A stretch of DNA of 64,000 nt. Origin: an uncultured Prevotellaceae bacterium (GTDB lineage: Bacteria > Bacteroidota > Bacteroidia > Bacteroidales > Bacteroidaceae). Position 1 is the stretch's first letter. Each line of letters starts with the position of its first letter. The notes beneath the pieces are model-generated. The model was not told where the DNA came from. It was given only the letters and a program-made list of their open reading frames with translations, and did not search any database. The stretch covers positions 7,685 to 71,684 of the forward strand of contig CAMOKH010000111.1 in assembly GCA_946617675.1 (NCBI GenBank), given 5' to 3'. Position numbers and translations under genes: made by a program. Shown one piece after another: positions 46,145 to 54,890 of the stretch.

Positions 46145-46178
46145 AAAAGCCGCATAGGGAAATCCCTATGCGGTTTTA
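46145..46178 (+). terminator. Intrinsic terminator of rpsO
   Basis: ccgcataggg-aaat-ccctatgcgg followed by tttt. Confidence 0.85.
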
Positions 46179-46270
46179 TGTTTTTCCCCCTTGCCGTGTC
46201 AGAAATATTGTGTATCTTTGCACCAGGAAAAAGAAAACTTAGTTATTCACCTTATTAAAACTTTACGACA

Positions 46271-46846
46271 ATGAAGAAGTTATACACACTACTGGCCATG
46301 CTGCTGACCATTACGGCCACGGCAACCTTTACCGCCTGCGACTGGGACGACGACAGCGCAATAGCATACACCCTGGAAGGGACCTGGAAGGGCAATATGT
46401 ACGTGAACACATACTACAACGGCAACACCTACTACGCCACGGCAACGGAGATAACCTTCCTGCGCGACCCCTACCGCTACTCAAGCGGCGACGGCTACTG
46501 GGTGGACTACTACTCGAGGGCGCCGTGGGACTATGTGGCTAACCACATCCGCTGGACGGTGAACTACGGCCGCATCCACGTCTACTTCGTCGAGGAGGGC
46601 ACCGAGATGGAAATCTACAACTACCGTCTGAACGACAACCGCTTCACGGGTTACATTGCCGAGTACGACAACGACGTGGAGTTCAGCCTCTACCACGTGT
46701 CGTCGCCCAACTGGAGCAGCTACCGCTGGGGCTACGATGCCTGGTATGACAACGACTACTACTGGTCGCGCCAGACGCGCGGTGACGAGGCCGACACCAC
46801 GACGGTCGGGAAGCCCGTCAGGAGAATCCAGAAGGTCAACGACTAA
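46271..46846 (+). CDS. Hypothetical lipoprotein
   Basis: Lipobox FTAC followed by an acidic DWDDD segment; LEGTWKG; own TATCTTTGCA promoter. Confidence 0.8.
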   Translation: MKKLYTLLAMLLTITATATFTACDWDDDSAIAYTLEGTWKGNMYVNTYYNGNTYYATATEITFLRDPYRYSSGDGYWVDYYSRAPWDYVANHIRWTVNYGRIHVYFVEEGTEMEIYNYRLNDNRFTGYIAEYDNDVEFSLYHVSSPNWSSYRWGYDAWYDNDYYWSRQTRGDEADTTTVGKPVRRIQKVND

Positions 46847-47003
46847 ATACCGGCTACGATTAAATACTGACTACGATTAAATACTGACTACGATTAAATA
46901 CTGACTACGATTAAATACTGACTACGAATTTCACGAATTATACGAATTTGGCCGTGGCTGACGGTGACCTGCGGCGATTCGTATAATTCGTAAAATTCGT
47001 AGT
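46844..47003. repeat. 17-bp tandem repeat x5 fused to a 27-bp inverted repeat
   Basis: (taaatactgactacgat)x5 at 46844-46928; arms 46921-46947 and 46977-47003 with one mismatch. Confidence 0.9.
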
Positions 47004-47029
47004 CGTATTCCCGGAATCCGTAGTAGTCC

Positions 47030-48499
47030 TTATTCCGTCAGCCGCACTCTGACGTTCTCGCGGATGATGTTCTGACAGTTCTGGAACGTCGCGTCATGAC
47101 GGGCCGAGATGTCGATGTTGCGCAGCGTGATGCGGTCGATGGGCATCTCGGGCAGTCCGTTGAACTCCATGGCGAAGCCGGCATTGTGGCAGATGACGTT
47201 GCGGATGTCGATGTTGCGGAAGATGGGCGTCTCCTCAGTCACGGGCATGGCCTTCGCCTCGGGCTGCGTCCCGCCTTCGGCCAGCACCTCGGCCACCGAC
47301 TTGCCGCCGTAGTACATGTTGAACGTCAGGGCGTAGGTCTTGATGTCGGTCATCGAGATACCGTCGATGAAGATGTTCTCGACGACACCGCCACGGCCGC
47401 GCGTCGACTTGAAGCGCAGGCCCACGTCGGTGCCTAAGAACTGGCAGTTCTTGACGCTGATGTTCCTCACGCCGCCGCTCATCTCGGAGCCCACGACGAA
47501 GCCGCCATGACCGGCAAAGACGGTGCAGCCGTCGACGACAACGTTCTGGCAGGGCTTGCCGCGGCGGCGCCCGTCGGCGTCCTTGCCGCTCTTGATGCAG
47601 ATGCCGTCGTCGCCGGCGTCGAACTTCGAGTTGACGATCAGGGCGTTGGTACACGATTCCAGGTCGAGGGCGTCGCCGTTCTGGGCGTAGGCGGGGTTGC
47701 GCGCCAGTACATTATCTATAATAATATTCTCGCACATCAGCGGGTGGAGGTTCCAGGCCGGCGAGTTCTGGAAGATGACCCCTTCGAGCAGCACGTTCTT
47801 ACAGCCCACGAGGCTCACCATCACCGGGCGCAGGAATCGCTTCACCTGCTGCCACTCCTCGTCGGTCTGGGCGGCGGGCACGTTCATGTTGGCACCGGCC
47901 TCGCCACGCTCGTAGCCCTCGGAGGGCACCCAGTAGCCCTTCTTCATCTCGCGGCCGCCGGGGCGCTGCAGGATTTCCTTCCACTGGGCGTCGGTCACCT
48001 TCTGTCGCTTCACGGGGCGCCAGTACTGGCCGTTGCCGTCGATGACGCCCTGGCCGGTAATCGAGATGTTGGTGGCGCCGTTGGCACTCAGCGGCGACTG
48101 GCAGCGGCGGGTGTCGAGGCCCTCGAACGACGTCTTGATCAGCGGGTAGAGGTTCTCGTCGGCGGCAAACTGTATGACGGCGCCCTTCTCGAGGTGCAGG
48201 TCGATGTTCGACTCTAACACGATGGGGCCCGTGAGCCACACGCCACGCGGCACGATGAGGTGGCCGCCGCCGTTGCGTTTCAGGTAGCTGACGGCCTTGG
48301 CGAAGGCCTCGGTGCAGAGGGTCTCGCCGTTGCCCACGGCGTCGAAGTTGGTCAGTTCAATCTTGCGGTCAGGAATGACCGGAGCTTTCACTTCGGCCAT
48401 CTGGAACGGCAGGCCGTCGGTGTACTGCTTGTAGTCTTTCTGTGCATTCAGACTAAGGAACGTGCCAAGAAGCAGGCACAAAAGGATTGTTTTCTTCAT
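47030..48499 (-). CDS. GH28 polygalacturonase-family glycoside hydrolase
   Basis: NGDALD, GDDGICIKSG, GHGGFVVGSE, RFKS; signal peptide. Confidence 0.93.
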   Translation of the reverse strand: MKKTILLCLLLGTFLSLNAQKDYKQYTDGLPFQMAEVKAPVIPDRKIELTNFDAVGNGETLCTEAFAKAVSYLKRNGGGHLIVPRGVWLTGPIVLESNIDLHLEKGAVIQFAADENLYPLIKTSFEGLDTRRCQSPLSANGATNISITGQGVIDGNGQYWRPVKRQKVTDAQWKEILQRPGGREMKKGYWVPSEGYERGEAGANMNVPAAQTDEEWQQVKRFLRPVMVSLVGCKNVLLEGVIFQNSPAWNLHPLMCENIIIDNVLARNPAYAQNGDALDLESCTNALIVNSKFDAGDDGICIKSGKDADGRRRGKPCQNVVVDGCTVFAGHGGFVVGSEMSGGVRNISVKNCQFLGTDVGLRFKSTRGRGGVVENIFIDGISMTDIKTYALTFNMYYGGKSVAEVLAEGGTQPEAKAMPVTEETPIFRNIDIRNVICHNAGFAMEFNGLPEMPIDRITLRNIDISARHDATFQNCQNIIRENVRVRLTE

Positions 48500-48544
48500 T
48501 GCTGTTAGTTTTTTAGTTATGGTAATTGTATTGTTGAAGTCTTG

Positions 48545-48997
48545 TCAGTCAGGCTGGTATATCTCACGCAGCGGAATCATCACGAAGTCGCGCTCGCGCA
48601 TCAGTGGGTGAGGTATCTTCAGGTCGGGCTCGTCGACGGTCAGGTCGTCGTAGAGCAGGATGTCGATGTCGATGGGCCGGTCCTTGTAGCGGCGCCTCGG
48701 CAGCCCGCCGCCCTTAGGGGCGGGAGATGGGACGGCGGGCGGTAGTTCGCGCCCCATCTCGCGCTCTATCTGCTTGACGGCGGTCAGTATCTGGCGCGGC
48801 GAGAGGCTGCTGTGGCAGAGGATGACGCAGTTGAGAAACCGGTTTGCCGACTCGAAGCCCCACGGCTCGGTCTCGACGACCGACGACTGGCGCACGACCT
48901 TGCCCACCCGCTCGCCGACGAGCCTGACGGCCTTCTGCAAATGCGCTTCGCGCCGGCCGAGATTGCTGCCCAAACCGAGGTAAACCTGATGTTCCAT
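48545..48997 (-). CDS. folK: Hydroxymethyldihydropteridine pyrophosphokinase
   Basis: YLGLGSNLG, ETEPWG, DRPIDIDIL, IPHP. Confidence 0.95.
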   Translation of the reverse strand: MEHQVYLGLGSNLGRREAHLQKAVRLVGERVGKVVRQSSVVETEPWGFESANRFLNCVILCHSSLSPRQILTAVKQIEREMGRELPPAVPSPAPKGGGLPRRRYKDRPIDIDILLYDDLTVDEPDLKIPHPLMRERDFVMIPLREIYQPD

Positions 48998-49027
48998 CCT
49001 TGTCAGCCTGAAGTCTGTCGCGCCGGC

Positions 49028-50170
49028 TCAGTCGTCGAGTATCAGCAGGGCGTCGCCGAAGCAGCCGAACTGGTAGCCCTTCTCGACGGCCAGCTCGTAA
49101 GCCTGCATGACGATGTCGTAGCCACCGAAGGCAGCCGTCAGCATCATCATCGTCGACTCGGGGTGATAGAAGTTGGATATCAGCGTGTTGGCCAGGCCGA
49201 AGTCGTAAGGCGGGAAGATGAACTTGTTGGTCCAGCCGTCGAAGGGCTTCAGCAGTCCGTCGGTGCCGACGGCACTCTCGGTAGCGCGCGTGGTGCTGAT
49301 GCCGACGGTACAGACGCGGCGCCCGTTCTGCTTGGCCTCGTTCACCAGCTTGCAGCACTCCTCGCCGATGATGACCTGCTCGGAGCTCATCTTGTGCTTC
49401 GTCAGGTCCTCAACCTCGATGGATTCGAAGCAGCCCAGGCCGCAGTGGACAGTGAGGTAGGCGAAGTTGAAGCCGCGTATCTCCATCAGCTTCATCAGTT
49501 CGCGGCTGAAGTGCAGCCCCGTGGCGGGAGCCGTCACGGCGCCCTCGTGGCGGGCGAAGATGGTCTGGAAGTTCTCAGCGTCCTCGGGCTCCGTCGGGCG
49601 GCGGTCAATGATGTAGCGCGGCAGCGGGGCCGACCCTAAGGCGTAGAGCTCGCGCTTGAACTCCTCGTGCTCGCAGTCGTAGAGGAAGCGCAGCGTGCGG
49701 CCGCGGCTCGTGGTGTTGTCGATGACCTCGGCCACCATCGGTCCGTCCTCCTCGAAGAAGAGTTTGTTGCCGATACGTATCTTACGCGCCGGCTCCACCA
49801 GCACGTCCCACAGACGCAGCTCGGGGTTCAGCTCACGCAGCAGGAACACCTCTATCTGGGCATCGGTCTTCTCCTTCGTACCGAAGAGCCGCGCCGGGAA
49901 CACCCGCGTGTCGTTGAAGACGAAGGTGTCGCCCTCGTCGAAATAGTCAACGAGGTCGCGGAACGACAGGAACTGGTCGGTGTCGTTGCCGTCGGCATCC
50001 TTCTTGTACATCTCGATGGTCTGACGCTTACGGTGGATGACCATCAGCCGCGCCTGGTCGCGGCTGTAGATTCGCTCCACGGTGCCGTCGGCGTTCGTGA
50101 AGGTGCGGTGCGGCGGATAGAGGGCCACTTGCTCCTCAGGCAGTCTGAATCTGAATTGTGATAGTTTCAT
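49028..50170 (-). CDS. queA: SAM:tRNA ribosyltransferase-isomerase
   Basis: VFNDTRVFPARL, PLPRYI, APATGLHF, SNFYHPEST, FGDALLI. Confidence 0.93.
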   Translation of the reverse strand: MKLSQFRFRLPEEQVALYPPHRTFTNADGTVERIYSRDQARLMVIHRKRQTIEMYKKDADGNDTDQFLSFRDLVDYFDEGDTFVFNDTRVFPARLFGTKEKTDAQIEVFLLRELNPELRLWDVLVEPARKIRIGNKLFFEEDGPMVAEVIDNTTSRGRTLRFLYDCEHEEFKRELYALGSAPLPRYIIDRRPTEPEDAENFQTIFARHEGAVTAPATGLHFSRELMKLMEIRGFNFAYLTVHCGLGCFESIEVEDLTKHKMSSEQVIIGEECCKLVNEAKQNGRRVCTVGISTTRATESAVGTDGLLKPFDGWTNKFIFPPYDFGLANTLISNFYHPESTMMMLTAAFGGYDIVMQAYELAVEKGYQFGCFGDALLILDD

Positions 50171-50224
50171 CTATATTATTTTCGATTTACTGATTTTCGA
50201 TTTACTGATTGTTCGGTTTACTGT

Positions 50225-50923
50225 CTACTGCCGGCAGTGCTCGTCGAGCCACTGCGGAAACGAGTCGAACGTCTGGCAGTCCCCAATGCGCACGTCGCCG
50301 AGGCGCGTACGGCAGAGGGCCGTCAGGAAGGCGCCGCTGCCAAGGGCCAGGCCGATGTCGCGGGCCAGCGAGCGGATGTAGGTGCCCTTGCCGCAGACCA
50401 CGCGGATGCTCATCTGCATCGTGGCGGGGTCGAAGGCCGTCAGCTCAATCTCGTCTATGCGCACGGTCTTGGCCGCCAGCTCGACGGCCGCCCCCTTGCG
50501 TGCCAGCTCGTAGGCCCGGTCGCCCTTGACCATGACCGCCGAGTAGACGGGCGGCACCTGCTTAATGTCGCCGACGAACCCCTGGAGCACGCTGAGTATC
50601 AGCTCGCGGGTGATGTGGCGCGTGGGGTACGTCATGTCGACGGTGTGCTCGCGGTCGAACGACGCTGTCGTGGCGCCGAGCTGCAGGGTGGCCGTGTACT
50701 CCTTGTCGTTCAGCTGCAGCCGCTCTATCTGTTTCGTGGCCTTGCCCGTACAGAGTATCAGTACGCCCGTGGCCAGGGGGTCGAGCGTGCCGGCATGGCC
50801 CGTCTTCACCCGCCTGACGCGCATCTTCTTTGAGATGAGGAAGCGGATGTGGGCCAGCGCTCCGAACGACGACATCCGGTAGGGCTTGTTGATGTATATG
50901 AACGCGCCTTCGTTGAAGTCCAT
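50225..50923 (-). CDS. truB: tRNA pseudouridine-55 synthase
   Basis: GHAGTLDPLATG, QVPPVYSA, KGTYIRSLARD. Confidence 0.96.
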   Translation of the reverse strand: MDFNEGAFIYINKPYRMSSFGALAHIRFLISKKMRVRRVKTGHAGTLDPLATGVLILCTGKATKQIERLQLNDKEYTATLQLGATTASFDREHTVDMTYPTRHITRELILSVLQGFVGDIKQVPPVYSAVMVKGDRAYELARKGAAVELAAKTVRIDEIELTAFDPATMQMSIRVVCGKGTYIRSLARDIGLALGSGAFLTALCRTRLGDVRIGDCQTFDSFPQWLDEHCRQ

Positions 50924-50924
50924 C

Positions 50925-51782
50925 TTAGTCGACCATTGCGAGTGAGTGACCGGTCAGCAGCAGCACGATGATGATGGCGCCGACGATGATGCGATAGATA
51001 CCGAAGGCCTTGAAGCCGTACTTCGTCAGGAAGGCCACAAACCACTTCATGGCCGCCAGGGCCACGACGAAGGCCACGGCGCAGCCTAAGAGCAGCATCC
51101 ACAGGTTGTGGGGCGTCGCCCACACGGCGTCCTCCTTCACCAGGTCGAGCAGGTCGAGCAGGGTGGCGCCGGCCATTGTCGGCACGGCCAGGAAGAACGA
51201 GAACTCGGCGGCGCGCTTGCGCGTCAGGCCCTGAGCCATGCCGCCCACGATGGTAGCCATCGAGCGCGACACGCCGGGAATAACCGATATACACTGGTAG
51301 AGACCAATCTTGAAAGCCCGCTTCTCGTTGACGCGCTTCTCGTCGGAGCCCTTGTTGAACAGGCGGTCGCAGAACAGCATGAACACGCCGCCCACGACCA
51401 GCATCACGGCTACCACCTCGACGCTGTCGAGCAGCCAGTCGAGCAGACCCGACTTCTTGGCCAGCAGACCGATGACGACCGCCGGCAGCACGCCCACGAA
51501 GAGGAGCCAGTAGAAGTAGTACCGATGCTTGAGCCGCTGCCACAGCGAACTGCCCTCGGGGGCGGGGCTGTTGTCAAGCTTGAAGAAGCGCTTCCAGTAG
51601 AGGCACACCACCGACAGGATGGCGCCAAACTGAATGATAAACGTGAAGGCGTGGACGAAGGGGTCGCCCTGCTCAATGCCCAGCAGGTTCTGGGTGATAA
51701 TCATGTGTCCCGTCGACGAGACGGGCAGGAACTCCGTCAGTCCCTCAACGATGGCTATGATGACGGTCTCTATCCAGGTCAT
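50925..51782 (-). CDS. uppP: Undecaprenyl-diphosphatase
   Basis: EGLTEFLPVSSTGH, PGVSRS, AAEFSFFLA. Confidence 0.95.
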   Translation of the reverse strand: MTWIETVIIAIVEGLTEFLPVSSTGHMIITQNLLGIEQGDPFVHAFTFIIQFGAILSVVCLYWKRFFKLDNSPAPEGSSLWQRLKHRYYFYWLLFVGVLPAVVIGLLAKKSGLLDWLLDSVEVVAVMLVVGGVFMLFCDRLFNKGSDEKRVNEKRAFKIGLYQCISVIPGVSRSMATIVGGMAQGLTRKRAAEFSFFLAVPTMAGATLLDLLDLVKEDAVWATPHNLWMLLLGCAVAFVVALAAMKWFVAFLTKYGFKAFGIYRIIVGAIIIVLLLTGHSLAMVD

Positions 51783-52030
51783 TCCGTCACCTCCTTCTGT
51801 GCTTCGTCCTTAGGCTTATGCACTACGGCGTAAATCATCGACACAAAGCCCAGCAGGCAGACTATCGGGGCCACCACCGTGCGACGTGTGCTGAAGATGT
51901 CGGGCTCGTAAGCCGTTTCCGACGAGCTGTTGCCGCTCATCAGTATGAAGCCCAGAATCACCACAGCCATGCCCACGGCAAGCAGGATGAAGTTCATGCG
52001 GCCAAATGCAAAATCTCTCTTGTCTGTCAT
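51779..52030 (-). CDS. DUF3098 family small membrane protein
   Basis: FAFGRMNF, two TM helices, position between ftsX and uppP. Confidence 0.8.
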   Translation of the reverse strand: MTDKRDFAFGRMNFILLAVGMAVVILGFILMSGNSSSETAYEPDIFSTRRTVVAPIVCLLGFVSMIYAVVHKPKDEAQKEVTE

Positions 52031-52055
52031 ATCTTACTTATTATACTTATTTCGT

Positions 52056-52099
52056 TACTTCTTACCTCTCACCTCTTACCTCTCACCTCTTACCTCTTA
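52056..52099. repeat. (T/C)ACCTCT heptamer array abutting the ftsX stop
   Basis: cttacctctcacctcttacctctcacctcttacctctta. Confidence 0.85.
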
Positions 52100-52975
52100 T
52101 ATTTTATAAAGATCGTGCGCCCGCATTCGCAGGAAGCGGTTCACCGAGATATACGAGCAGAGCAGAGTGATGACGAGTCCGAACAGCACCACGGCGACGC
52201 CCGTCACGGCCAGCACCTGCCACGTGATGATGCCCCTCAGACCGGGCTCATAGCGGAACAGCCACCACACGCCGCCGCCCAGCACGAGGCAGGCCAGCAG
52301 GGCAGCCACAAGGCCCACCACCATACCGTCGCGCATGAAAGGCCGCCGGATGAAGCCCCACGAGGCTCCCACCAGCTTCATCGTGTGAATCAGGAAGCGG
52401 CGCGCATAGACGCCGAGCCTCACCGTGTTGCTGATGAGCTGGTAGCTGATGAACGTCAGCAGCGCCGCCAGTATTAGCAGCACCAGCGACACCTTCTGCA
52501 GGTTCTTGTTCACCTTGTCCATCAGGTCCTCCTGATAGACCACGTCGCTCACCTTCGGGTTGCCGGTCAGCTCCTTCTCAATCCACTGTAGCGAGTCGCG
52601 GTTGGCATAGTCCGACTTCAGCTGCAGTTCCAGGGTAGCCACAAAGGGGTTCACGCCGAGAAATTCCGACGGGTCGCTACCCATCGCCTCGCTCTGCTCC
52701 TTCAGGGCCTGCTCCTTGCTCACGTAGTCAATGTTGCGCGCGTAGGGGCGGTGGTAGAGGTCGCGGCACAGCCGGTGGGCTTCGTTCGTCGTCACCGTGT
52801 CGCCCAGCATGACGGTCACCGTCAGGTTCTCCTTCACGTAGTTCGACAAGTTGTGCGCCGTCAGCACCGACAGCACCACAAGACCAATCAATATCAGCAC
52901 CATAGTCGTACTGATACACAGTGTAACAACCTGCATGCCATGGCGGCGCCGGGTTGTCTTTCTACTTTTCTTCAT
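52097..52975 (-). CDS. ftsX: Cell division permease FtsX
   Basis: YVSKEQAL, ISNTVRL, MKLVGASWGFIRRPF. Confidence 0.93.
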   Translation of the reverse strand: MKKSRKTTRRRHGMQVVTLCISTTMVLILIGLVVLSVLTAHNLSNYVKENLTVTVMLGDTVTTNEAHRLCRDLYHRPYARNIDYVSKEQALKEQSEAMGSDPSEFLGVNPFVATLELQLKSDYANRDSLQWIEKELTGNPKVSDVVYQEDLMDKVNKNLQKVSLVLLILAALLTFISYQLISNTVRLGVYARRFLIHTMKLVGASWGFIRRPFMRDGMVVGLVAALLACLVLGGGVWWLFRYEPGLRGIITWQVLAVTGVAVVLFGLVITLLCSYISVNRFLRMRAHDLYKI

Positions 52976-53171
52976 TTACTTTACGTACGTAAAAATCGAA
53001 TTCGTGTGCAAAGATAAGCAATTATTCTGAAACGGCCAAACATTTCCGGTCTTACTATAGGAAAAAATTAAAGCCCTTTTTACTCTTGAAGGTAAAATCT
53101 AATCACTTCGAGTTCGAAAAAGTCATTATTATTTCGTTCTTCCTAAATTATTTCGTAACTTTGCAACCGAT

Positions 53172-53939
53172 ATGAGTACTATCATTTATCCGTCGCCCGT
53201 GTTCGGCCCTGTACAGAGCCGGCGATTGGGCATTTCGTTAGGCATCAACTTGCTGCCGGCAGACGGCAAGGTGTGCTCGTTCGACTGCATCTACTGCGAG
53301 TGTGGTTTCAACGAGAGCCACCGTCCCAAGCAGCCACTGCCCACACGTGAACAAGTGGCAACGGCCCTCGAACGGAAGCTCCGACAAATGCAGGAGGACG
53401 GCCAGATGCCCGGCGTGCTGACCTTCGCCGGCAACGGCGAGCCGACATGCCACCCGCACTTCGCCGAAATTATCGGCGACACCATCGGGCTGCGCAACCG
53501 CTACTGCCCCGAGGCGAAGGTGTCGGTGCTGTCGAACGCCACGATGATTCACCGAAAGGAGGTGCACGACGCCCTGATGCGCGTGGACAACAACATACAG
53601 AAGCTCGACACCACCGACCTGGACTTCATTCGGCAGGTGGACCGACCCAACGGCGCCTACGACGTGGAGGCCACGGTGGAGCGGCTGAAGGCGTTCCAGG
53701 GCCACGTCATCATACAGACCATGTTCCTGCGCTCTACCGAGGGGCTCGACAACACCACGCCCCACTACGTCGAGCCGTGGCTCAAGACCGTTGAGGCGAT
53801 CCGCCCGCAGCAGGTGATGATCTACACCATCGACCGCGAGACGCCCGACCCGACACTGCGCAAGGCGCCCCGCGACGTGCTCGATGACATCCGCGACCGC
53901 GTCATCGCTGCCGGCATACCGTGCACGGCAAGCTATTGA
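53172..53939 (+). CDS. Radical SAM protein of unknown function
   Basis: FGPVQSRRLGISLGIN, CSFDCIYCECG, GNGEPT. Confidence 0.88.
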   Translation: MSTIIYPSPVFGPVQSRRLGISLGINLLPADGKVCSFDCIYCECGFNESHRPKQPLPTREQVATALERKLRQMQEDGQMPGVLTFAGNGEPTCHPHFAEIIGDTIGLRNRYCPEAKVSVLSNATMIHRKEVHDALMRVDNNIQKLDTTDLDFIRQVDRPNGAYDVEATVERLKAFQGHVIIQTMFLRSTEGLDNTTPHYVEPWLKTVEAIRPQQVMIYTIDRETPDPTLRKAPRDVLDDIRDRVIAAGIPCTASY

Positions 53940-53946
53940 CATACAA

Positions 53947-53990
53947 CGCCCGCATCGACATTGCCATTCCGGCAAATATCGACGCGGGCG
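53947..53990. terminator. Hairpin between the convergent radical SAM and lpxA-like genes
   Basis: cgcccgcatcga...tcgacgcgggcg. Confidence 0.5.
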
Positions 53991-54029
53991 ACTATAAGGA
54001 TAGAGGAGTAGGCGCGCGGGCGCTACGGG

Positions 54030-54806
54030 CTACATCCTTGAGATGACGCCGAGCCTGGTGGCGCGGAGGAACTCGATGATGTGGCGGATCTCCGGACCGT
54101 CGGGCACCTGCTGCTCAATCTGCAGGATGGCGTCGAAGAGCGACGTACCACCGTTGAACACCAGACGATAGGCGTTGGCAATGTGCTTCAGCGTCTTCTC
54201 GTCGACCCCATGCTGACGACCTACGGCGAAGTTCACACCGCCGTAGGTATTTTTATTCGTAGCCACGATGTAAGGCGGAACGTCGCGCGAGAAGGAGGTG
54301 CCGGCCTGGACCATCGACCCCCTGCCGACGCGCGTGCCGGCATTCTCGATGACCGACGACGAGAAGATGACGCTGTCCTCAATCTCGCAGTCGCCGGCAA
54401 TCTTCGTGCCATAGCCGAAGACGCAGCGGTTGCCGACCTTCGTGTCGTGCGAGATGTGGGCACCCTCCATGAGCACGTTCTCGTTGCCGATGACGGTCTG
54501 TCCGCCGGTGTGGGTAGCACGGTTGACGACGACATTCTCGCGGAAGATGTTGCCGTCGCCGATGATGCACTCCGACTTCTCGCCGCGGAACTCGAAGTCC
54601 TGCGGCAGGGCACCGATGACCGAGCCCTGGTGGACTTTGTTTCCCTTACCCATGCGCGTACCGCTACATATACTGACGAACGGGAAGATGATGCAGTTGT
54701 CACCTATCACCACGTCGTCCTCGATGTAGACAAAGGGGAATATCTTACAGTTGTTGCCGATTCTAGCCTTTGGGCTGATTTCGGCTTTCGGACTTATATC
54801 TGACAT
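54030..54806 (-). CDS. LpxA-like hexapeptide-repeat acyltransferase (paralogue)
   Basis: Left-handed beta-helix repeats, PQD, RE, GAHISHD, DVPPY. Confidence 0.85.
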   Translation of the reverse strand: MSDISPKAEISPKARIGNNCKIFPFVYIEDDVVIGDNCIIFPFVSICSGTRMGKGNKVHQGSVIGALPQDFEFRGEKSECIIGDGNIFRENVVVNRATHTGGQTVIGNENVLMEGAHISHDTKVGNRCVFGYGTKIAGDCEIEDSVIFSSSVIENAGTRVGRGSMVQAGTSFSRDVPPYIVATNKNTYGGVNFAVGRQHGVDEKTLKHIANAYRLVFNGGTSLFDAILQIEQQVPDGPEIRHIIEFLRATRLGVISRM

Positions 54807-54890
54807 AATTATAATGTTTTTTTGCAGCTGACAACAGGACTAAGACGACTTCTTTTAAGTCCTTAAGTCCTGTCGTCCGCTGCTTAATTA

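Noticed and set aside
46844-46928. Possible CRISPR array
   Set aside because: The 17-bp units are directly adjacent with no spacers, and no cas genes are present.
52097-52975. ftsX without adjacent ftsE
   Set aside because: This is the usual Bacteroidota arrangement.
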